Positions 1-7,540 of a stretch of DNA of 16,198 nucleotides are shown piece after piece. Position 1 is the first letter of the stretch, and the number at the start of each line of letters is the position of its first letter. Source of the DNA: Vitrella brassicaformis CCMP3155 (Eukaryota; Protista; Chromerida); NCBI GenBank assembly GCA_001179505.1, contig CDMY01000835.1, positions 1-16,198 on the forward strand, in the 5' to 3' direction. A program made the position numbers and the translations under genes. Below the pieces are notes generated by a model, which was not told where the DNA came from, did not search any database, and worked only from the letters and a program-made list of their open reading frames with translations.

Positions 1-14
1 GCTTCTGTCTGCGT

Positions 15-32
15 GGGGGAGGGAGGGGAGGG
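15..32 (+). other. G-quadruplex-forming motif
   Basis: GGGGG-A-GGG-A-GGGG-A-GGG: four G-runs with 1-nt loops. Sequence motif only, no functional evidence. Confidence 0.35.
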
Positions 33-306
33 TTTGCGGGACTGGGGTGTGCTGATGGGGCGGGGATTGATCCCTCCTCCCCTTGAGCCTGTTTGAGTCT
101 GCGTGCTGATGGGACTGTATTTGTATGAGTATCAGGACACACGGACACACAGACGAGTGTTACGGTTAATGACAGTTTCCCTCAAAAACAATCAACCAAT
201 TCCATTCACTGTGTGATGCATCTGCAGCTGATTGCAGATCCATGCGGGTGTGTATCGTATCTGCCGTCAGCTGCGCGGCCTCTTGCGTCCTCAACCATTC
301 CATGGC

Positions 307-640
307 AGCACGGCAGAGGCGACGAGCTGCTCATGATCGAACAAGTCGCTGAGCAAGAAGGGCGCGGCCGTCCCCGGATGAGGACCTTCCACATCCGGGC
401 CACGCCTTCTCACTGACGGAGGCCGAGCTCCAGGACCGCTTCTAGGTGACAGGGCAAGGATGTGCTGTGGCCAGTCGCATTCCACGGGACAGGTGAGTAG
501 GGCAGGCGGGCAGATGGATGGATGGATGGATGGATGGATTCGTGGATGCACGGACCTATCTGTCTGTGTGATTGTGTGTGGTTGGTGTGCATTCTCTCTG
601 AATTCAGGGATGCCCATCGCTGCGTGCTCTGAGCTTATAA
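307..640 (+). pseudogene. LARS1: Degenerate N-terminal fragment of a cytosolic (eukaryote/archaeal-type) leucyl-tRNA synthetase; unprocessed pseudogene fragment
   Basis: Collinear LeuRS motifs fall in different frames: (STA)RGDELLMIE (~307-341); CAC ATC cg GGC CAC GCC TTC TCA CTG = H-I-[2 nt]-G-H-A-F-S-L (390-415), followed by TEAELQDRF and a TAG stop (443-445); GKDVLWPVAFHGT (453-491), a GTGAGT..TTCAG intron (493-607), then GMPIAACS. These match the cytosolic LeuRS pattern as recalled: TARRDxLxxIE...LHxGHAFSLSKxEF..RF...GKxxLFPFxFHCTGMPIxAC. Confidence 0.72.
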
Positions 641-1129
641 GCTCAGCCCCACAGAACAGGCTTCTGGGGCCAGTACAGCACCAGCACCACGGCCACCCCA
701 CCGACAGCCACATCAACCGCATCAACATGTACGCACGGCCAGCTGGCTGGTCATCATGCGCCTGCACTCAGAGAGAGACGGATGTACATCCATCCACTTG
801 CAGACTCACTCATGTGTGCGTTGTCCGTCTATCCATCTCTGTGGTGTCTGTGTTTTAGCAGCGCCATAGACGCAGCACCACCATCTTCAGCCCCATCAGA
901 GCACAGCAATGGGCGTCTTCGACAAGCTGTGAGTGCGCTTCATCGCTGACTGACGGATTGGCTTTTACGTGCTCTCGTCATACATACATATATAATGCAA
1001 CCGCTTATCTCTCTATCTGGCTATGTAGCTCAGTCCTTCTCCCTGCCGGCCGTGTTGAGCTACATAGCTTGTTTGCGTGTGGACACGGTTGTAGTCAAGG
1101 AGAAGGCAGTCACCGATGTCCACACATGA
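453..1129 (+). CDS. Possible spliced open frame continuing from the LeuRS-derived segment (453-492, 608-728, 859-928, 1034-1129; 108 aa, no start identified)
   Basis: Three GT-AG introns join in phase to an open frame ending at TGA 1127-1129. No start codon was found, and no recognisable homology follows MPIAACS. Confidence 0.25.
513..539. repeat. (GATG)n intronic microsatellite
   Basis: Tandem GATG units inside intron 493-607. Confidence 0.9.
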
Positions 1130-1170
1130 ATGCATTCATTCGTTGTTCTGGATGCATTCATTCGTTGTTC
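1130..1170. repeat. Two copies of a 19-bp unit (ATGCATTCATTCGTTGTTC), period 22
   Basis: Identical copies at 1130-1148 and 1152-1170, overlapping the stop codon of the minus-strand orphan gene. Confidence 0.85.
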
Positions 1171-2214
1171 CCATCAGTCGGGGATGCGCAGCGACTGGAC
1201 AATCGACAGCGCCCTGACATCATCACCACACACACACACACACACGATATCTCTTTGTCCCTGTCTCTCTTCATTGCTGTCTCACTTGTCGCACGGCCTT
1301 CGCACCGGTCCTCCCCCATTGTGTTGTGCGCTTGAAGTGAACGCCCACCAGAACATCCGGCCGCTCGTGACGATTTTCAGGTTGGCCATCGCAGCGCACA
1401 CCTCACGCGCCAACTCATCGTCAGCCGCAGCCTCACGCTCAGCACACACACTGACACACAGACAGTGACAGAGACACACACACTTTTTAGAGAGCGAGAG
1501 AGAGAGAGCTTACGTGTGTTCGTGTTGTGGTATGTTGATGAGTGTGGTGTGTTGCAGGTCGACCTCCAATTGGCGCCACTCAGACGACGACGGACGCACT
1601 CGAGACACACTCACCTGACAATGAAACACATCCAGCCATCCACATCCACACTTGTGTGTGGTCTCATTGTCACTTGTGTGTGGTCGAGTCCGGCCAGCTC
1701 TGCGATGGACAGCGGCGCGACATTGGACCAACACAGCGCACCCACGTCGACACAGAGACTCTCATCCACGGCTTTGCACGGCAGCCTGCAGATCACAGAC
1801 ACACAGACGCACAGACATGCAAATCTCTGTCTGTCTGTCTGTCTGTCTGAGTGGATTGCGTGCCGTGCGACGAGTGTGTCTGAGAGCGTTGCGACGGATG
1901 GGCACGAGTCGACGAGCCTCGGCATCATGTCACTCCCACACACCGGCAACTTGAACACACACAGCACCTGCACACGCACACATCCATCCATTCCCTCTCT
2001 CTGTGTCTCTGTCTCATTGGCCCACCGCCGTGCTGTTGGTGGGCAGATCGGCGCCGATGTGTCCCTGCTGGATGTCCCGCTCGAGTGCGGCGAAGAGCGT
2101 CGTGGGCCGGTGGCGCTTCACCTTGGGGCGGGCCAGCGAGTCAGCTGTGGCATTGGTGGGCTCGGCGAGGGGCGGGGAGACGTTCGGGTGCAGCAAACTG
2201 ACGGTCCGCTTCAT
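1136..2214 (-). CDS. Hypothetical protein, ~242 aa, 6 exons (2026-2214, 1864-1967, 1674-1785, 1514-1614, 1306-1450, 1136-1213)
   Basis: Exons join in phase: MKRTVSLLHP...STA|VLCVFKLP...VAR|LPCKAVDE...HTQ|VSVSR...HEHT|VCAERE...GGGP|GAVDCP...NNE*. Intron 2 needs a GC donor. No domain recognised. Confidence 0.55.
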
Positions 2215-2303
2215 CGCTGACCGACTGATTGATTGACGGATATATGGGCCGATTGATTTAGTGCTCTGCTTTGGGTCAATTGAGAGCGTCGGTCTGTTTG
2301 TCT

Positions 2304-2323
2304 GATCGATCGATCGATCGATC
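2304..2323. repeat. (GATC)5 self-complementary microsatellite
   Basis: Direct reading; about 90 nt upstream of the ATG at 2214. Confidence 0.9.
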
Positions 2324-2539
2324 GTGTAAGTTACGTACACACATAAGATTTAGAGAGCGTTGGTGTTGGTTGATTGAGCTTTGGCGCGTCATGCCATGGA
2401 TGTGATGTGGAGATCGAATGAGAGGCGGCCTGCCTAGGTGCTGTACTAAATCAGACTGCATGCCACTGCTACAGCTAGCTGCAGGGAGACTGACTGGTCA
2501 GCCAACAGAGAAAGAGGGACGCATCAATTCAATCGATGT

Positions 2540-2866
2540 CCTGCTGTGTGTCGGTGTGTCGGTGTGTGGGTGGGTGGTTACCTCCGTCCATGCGATGTGT
2601 GACAGAATTGACTTACGTAGTCAGTCAGTCGCAACAAACAAATACACTCAAGGCAGGCAGGCAGTGCAGTCAGCCGCACATTACAGATTTCTGGACAACG
2701 ATCCGATCCCAGCCGGCCCGGCCAGCCCACGACACATCGATCACTGACTGACAGGACGACGACGACTCCCACGCAGCCCAGCCTCACTCAGCTTTCACAC
2801 GCAGCGTGACCGCGGTGGGTGGCCGGCGTGTGTGCTTTCGGGTCGGGCGAGGCGAGACATACACAA
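2540..2866 (+). repeat. Direct repeat, copy 1 (~330 bp)
   Basis: Aligns with 5236-5583 from CCTGCTGTGTGTCG to GAGGCGA(G/C)ACATACAC. The core 2662-2746 is identical to 5369-5453. Confidence 0.9.
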
Positions 2867-3573
2867 TCTCGAGCAGCCACACGCCGCACACACACTTATC
2901 CCCTTACCAGAAAGTGTCGCACACACGTGAATGCATGGCTGACTCATACGTACATACACACACGGGCTGCATGGCTGGCTGGGTGGCACGTCTCCATGTG
3001 TCTGACTCTACGATGTCATGTGTGTGTGGGGGTTACAGTGAGTGTGTTTGTGTGGACAGACAATTGAAGATCTGAGAACCGATTTCACGCAGCCTTTTTT
3101 CTTTTGCCCCGAATGCTTTTTGACCTGAAGCCTGCCCGTCCATGAGTCCCGCGTGTTCTGGCCAATACGCGCAAGCACCCCTGAACACACATACCGCCAA
3201 CCATCAAAGGCAGCAAAGGCAATCAGTCGACTTACTCGATCACACAAAACGGCACGCGGACACGCATGACGGACGGGACGAAAAATGCCGTCTCCTTACG
3301 CACACACTGTGGGAAAAATACACTCTCAGCTGGCCCCCCAGGGTGTGGCCGGCCATCCTCGAGTGCCCCATGCATTGACTACCCTCATTTCCCTCTCACA
3401 TACCGCATAGGCTTGAACGAATGTCTAAGAGCAGTGGAAAAATCACTGCTGTAAGGTGTACAGCTCTCGCAGCCATCCCGGTGGACCAGTTCGGAAGAGC
3501 AGACACTCACGCAAGGAACCAGCTCAGCCAAGGGCAGTCGGGCACAGACACTCCATCACTAAGGCCAATTTGC

Positions 3574-4751
3574 CTAAGGCTGCTCTCCGCCTCTCAGACT
3601 CACACGCGAGCCCCCGTCTTCAGCGGCTCCGGTGGTCTTGTCCTCCGTGGGCGTGCCGGCGAGCTGTTCCATGACAGAGGCGAGCTGCTTCTCCAGCGCA
3701 TTCACACGCTGCGCCAACGCGGCCTCGCGCTTCTGCAGCTCCTGCACTACGCCGGTCATCGAGTAGAACATGTGATCCTGAAAAGACAGACAGACAGACC
3801 CACACTGCGCCACCGGAACCAGCCATCCTCCGTTCCAAAATCTGCCAACTTACCATGTCGATGTACAAGGTCTCCTCAGGCTGGGGCTCCTTGTCGCCGG
3901 TCTCCTCATCGCCTTGCTCAGCCACCTGCTCGACCTCGCTGGTCACGGCCTCTGCATGAGCAGACATGGGTGAGCCTCCGTGAGGGAGATGTGTCGTTTG
4001 CCATACCTGGAAAAATCTTCTGAAGATCCTGCGCCGTCAGACCTGCGGACGTATCAGTCAGGCAGACACACTGGAGTAGTGGGTTTATTTGCCGAGGGCC
4101 TTACCGAGGTGCACTTGGCTGCCGTCCTCATCGCTGAGCCGTCTCCCCTTGTCCGGGTCGAACTGATAAGTTTTCAGTGGTATGTCGGCGAACTGGGAAG
4201 AAGACACGATAAGTGTGCGCCCATCTCGCGTGTGACGCGTCCCGAGTGGGTCGCATACCTTCTCATAGGCCTCCTCCATCGACTCAGGTGTCACGTCCTG
4301 AGCAAAAGGCAGATGCGCACACAGCACGGCCCGATGAATCCCCCAGATGCGCCGTCCTTAAACTCTGAAGGGACCTGAATGTTTCTCTTGAATTTCTCAT
4401 CCGAGATTCCTTTCAAGCCCCCAGGCGTGTAAAAAATGAAATCACTGTAGACTTTGTGAATGTTCCCCCCCCCTCTTCCTCCGATCCCACATCCAATAGT
4501 GCCTGTAGCACACAAGGCGACAGCAAAGGTGATCGTTCCTCCCATCCATCATTCTCACCCCATCCAGCCGTGAACGGCGCCGGCCCCACGGGAGCCCCCC
4601 ATTGAATCGCTAAAGCAGGATCATTCCGGCAAAACCCCTCGACCCATTTCCGGCCATTGACGGGAGGAGAGCCGCTGATGAAAGCTGCAGGAATCTGAGT
4701 GAGGCACAAGGCGACGGCCACAAGGGCAAGGGCGGCAGAGCTGCGCATCAT
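3574..4751 (-). CDS. Secreted protein with intramolecular chaperone autoprocessing domain (ICA / Peptidase S74), ~261 aa, 7 exons (4559-4751, 4375-4502, 4259-4297, 4105-4192, 4007-4042, 3854-3951, 3574-3777)
   Basis: All junctions are GT-AG and in phase. Spliced product: hydrophobic N-terminus (MMRSSAALALVAVALCLTQIPA), ISDEKFKRNIQ (S74 motif SDxxxK.NI; Ser codon 4402-4404, Lys codon 4387-4389), LKTYQF, HLGLTAQDLQKIFPEAV (GxxAQe...FPEAV), LYIDMDHMF..., and the coiled coil VVQELQKREAALAQRVNALEKQL. Alternative start at 4796. The last residues are uncertain (possible donor after 3604). Confidence 0.85.
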
Positions 4752-5235
4752 GATGAATGACGAGATAGCGAGGGAGACGGGACGAGGGCGCAACATCCAA
4801 AAATCCCTGGGACTCCTCTTTGGGACTGCCTGGTGAATTTACAGGATTGAGGCAGGATGGGTTGCGGATGTGTTGCTGATCTAAACCCTAACTATTCTGT
4901 AATTACACGCAGACACACGCACGGGTGGGCTGTGTACTAGTTAGTTAAGCAAGAGAGAGAGAGGGGCGCGTCTGTGCGTGTGTGTGTGTGATGCAATCCT
5001 GCACACCCACACACACGACTAGTGCAACACACTCGATCAGTCAGCGCCCGCCATCCAGTCATTCACCCGTATGTGTTTGTGCGCTGCCTTTGCAGTGCAG
5101 TGCAACCCCCTCCACATGAGCGCATCGGACTGTGTGTCTGCGTTCGTGTGTAAACACTGCACTGATGGATGTGGCGCAGACAGACAGGAAGGATGTGGTG
5201 AGGTGGTACATACTGCCAGCCGCACCGCACAGACC

Positions 5236-5583
5236 CCTGCTGTGTGTCGTGTGTGGGTGGGGGAGTGTGTGGGTGGGTGGTCACCTCCGTCCATGCCATG
5301 TGTGACAGAATTGACTAAAGTAGTGAGTCAGTCGCAACAAACAAATACACAAAAGGCAGGCAGGCAGGCAGTGCAGTCAGCCGCACATTACAGATTTCTG
5401 GACAACGATCCGATCCCAGCCGGCCCGGCCAGCCCACGACACATCGATCACTGCACTGACAGGACGACGACGACTTGACAGTAAGTACTCACACACATCC
5501 CGGCCTCACTCAGCTTTCACAGCGTGACCGCGGTGGGTGGCCGGCGTGTGTGCTCTCGGGTCGGGCGAGGCGACACATACACA
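5236..5583 (+). repeat. Direct repeat, copy 2 (~350 bp)
   Basis: Second copy of 2540-2866, in the same orientation and ~2.7 kb away. Confidence 0.9.
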
Positions 5584-5687
5584 CCATCACTAGACACCAA
5601 AACACAAGGCAGCCTCTACCCCTCCCCCTCTCCCACGCCCTCCCTCCCTCCCTCCCTCCTACTATGCGTGTCGCTCTGTCCATCCAT

Positions 5688-6848
5688 CTATCGCTTGATG
5701 GGCCGTGCCTGCACAAAGGCCCCGAACCGACTGCAGTCGCCGAAGGGCCTCCCCTCTGCGTCGCGCAAGAAGTGGTCGCGCATGTCCTCGTGGTCCCAGT
5801 GATGCACCACCTCGAAGTCATGCTGCTTGAGCATTTTGTTGACCTCGCCCTTGACGATGCCATAAGTGATGGGCGTCTTGTTGCGCTTCATCATCTCTAC
5901 CACCCTGGACCAGAAGGGATCCACGGCCCCATCGATGAGGGCCTTGTCGATGTAGCTGCACACCACACCACACCACACCAGGACACACATCATCACATGT
6001 CGGGATGGGATCGGTCCATGTCTGTCTGTCTGTCTGTCTGTCTGTGTGGCTGCTCACTCAAATGTGATGGTGCTGTCCACCGACAGACTCTGAGAGGCCA
6101 CAATCAAATGATGCCCACACAACCAGACAGAGAGAGGACTGGACATCCACCACACATAAGCACAGAATGGTACTTACCCTCACGGCGGCCAGTGTGGCTG
6201 CGACGCCCTCTTCCGTCAAGTACATGGTCACACCCTCCCAGATGAAGAGGCTCCTCTGCCCTCTGACGAAGCCAGCGTCCAGCAGCACACTCTCGAGGCT
6301 CTCTGTGTTGAAGTCGCACGACACGAAGCGCACGTCCTCGTACGACGCAGGGTCCACCGAACGGTGCTGGACACCCACACGCAGACACACAAACACACTC
6401 ACCTGAAGGACTTCTTGTGTGTGTGTGTGTGTGTGTGGTTCAGGCGGTGTTCAGGTCCCACCCACCTTCATGAGGCTCAGTTTGTCTTGCTGCACGGCCT
6501 GCTGGTCAACTTCGAACATCTTGACGGCATGCTGCTTGCGGAGACCGGCGAACCGGTGCCACCGCGTGTCATAACCTGACCACACCACACCACACACACG
6601 CAGAGAGACGGAGGGAGAAAGGGAGGATGCCAATGGATGAGTGTGGTCGTATTGCCTCGCTCGCTCACCGGCTCCCAGTATGACGAGCTGCAGCGGCACT
6701 TTATCGGTTGCCGCGGCCTCAACGCCATCCTGAATCAGCTTGTCGACCAGCTTGGTACGGGCTGACGCATCGAACGGAGAGCACAGGGAGATGCAGACAT
6801 CCTGCCTGCCTGTGTGTGTCCGTACCGAAGATGCTTGCCGCGCCCTGC

Positions 6849-6884
<36 letters not shown>

Positions 6885-7313
6885 GCCGGATGCATCAAGT
6901 GGATCGGGAGGTGCACACATTGGTGGGCTATTGCTCGCGTACGCCGCCCTTCCACTTGTCGCTCCACTGTATGAGGCGGATCAGCCAGCTTGTGGGCAGC
7001 AGCATGTACAGCTGGACGAGCCACCAATACCTGTACCTGAGCCAACCAAAGCCAGGAAAGAGAGAGGCATCTGTCTGTCTGTCTGTCTGTCTGTCCATGT
7101 CATTGCCTCTTTCTCCTTTGCTCACGAGATGAATCGCGCGATGGCGGCTCGTTCGCTAATGGGCAGGTCGCACGGTGGCGGCAGCTTCGTCATAACGTAT
7201 CGGGCGCCACACACCGCTTCTGCGTTGAATGAACGAACGTTTCTTTCGGATCTGAGAATGGAAGTCCGTATGAACAACCACTCCCTCACGAACATGCTGA
7301 ACTGGGCACCCAT
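5688..7313 (-). CDS. Class I SAM-dependent methyltransferase, LCM (leucine carboxyl methyltransferase-like) family, ~330 aa, 8 exons (7126-7313, 6943-7036, 6826-6844, 6669-6761, 6466-6575, 6178-6366, 6058-6089, 5688-5955)
   Basis: Spliced motifs in the expected order: FARTKLVD, QLVILGAGYDTR, MFEVDQ, VRFVSCDF, LFIWEGVTMYL, ITFDYID. All introns are GT-AG and in phase, including a 19-nt exon. Confidence 0.88.
6853..6885. repeat. (GACA)n intronic microsatellite
   Basis: About 8 tandem GACA units. Similar arrays occur at ~1827-1849, ~6020-6044 and ~7071-7094. Confidence 0.9.
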
Positions 7314-7540
7314 CTTGATCAGATGACGACTTGTTTTTCGTCTTTAGAGTTTTGGGCCTCTTCTGAGCTCGCAAGCGATCCTTTTCGTCCCCCCGTTTTC
7401 CCTCTTTCACCTTCTTTCCCTCACTCCCGAGTCGGAAACACCTGTCTGCTGCAGGGCCCTACTCTCAATTCACGTTCGTACCCCCCTTCTCACCGTCCAC
7501 CTGTGTCGGTCGGCCCCACGAGGGCTGAGGGCTCTTCACC
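7314..7540. promoter_or_regulatory. Candidate bidirectional promoter between divergent genes
   Basis: 227-bp pyrimidine-rich gap between the ATG at 7313 (-) and the ATG at 7541 (+). Positional inference only. Confidence 0.3.

Noticed and set aside
911-928. ATG GGC GTC TTC GAC AAG CT|GTGAGT (MGVFDKL) as the start of a small GTPase-like gene
   Set aside because: The following acceptors give no recognisable continuation in that phase.
2418-2751. Repeat-encoded peptide AAHYRFLDNDPIPAGPASPRHIDH, present in both copies
   Set aside because: The surrounding ORFs differ between copies and there is no consistent start or splice context; the identity reflects DNA duplication.
2540-5583. LTR retrotransposon interpretation of the repeat-flanked segment
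   Set aside because: No gag/pol, TG..CA termini, PBS/PPT or target-site duplication seen; the interior is an intron-containing gene.
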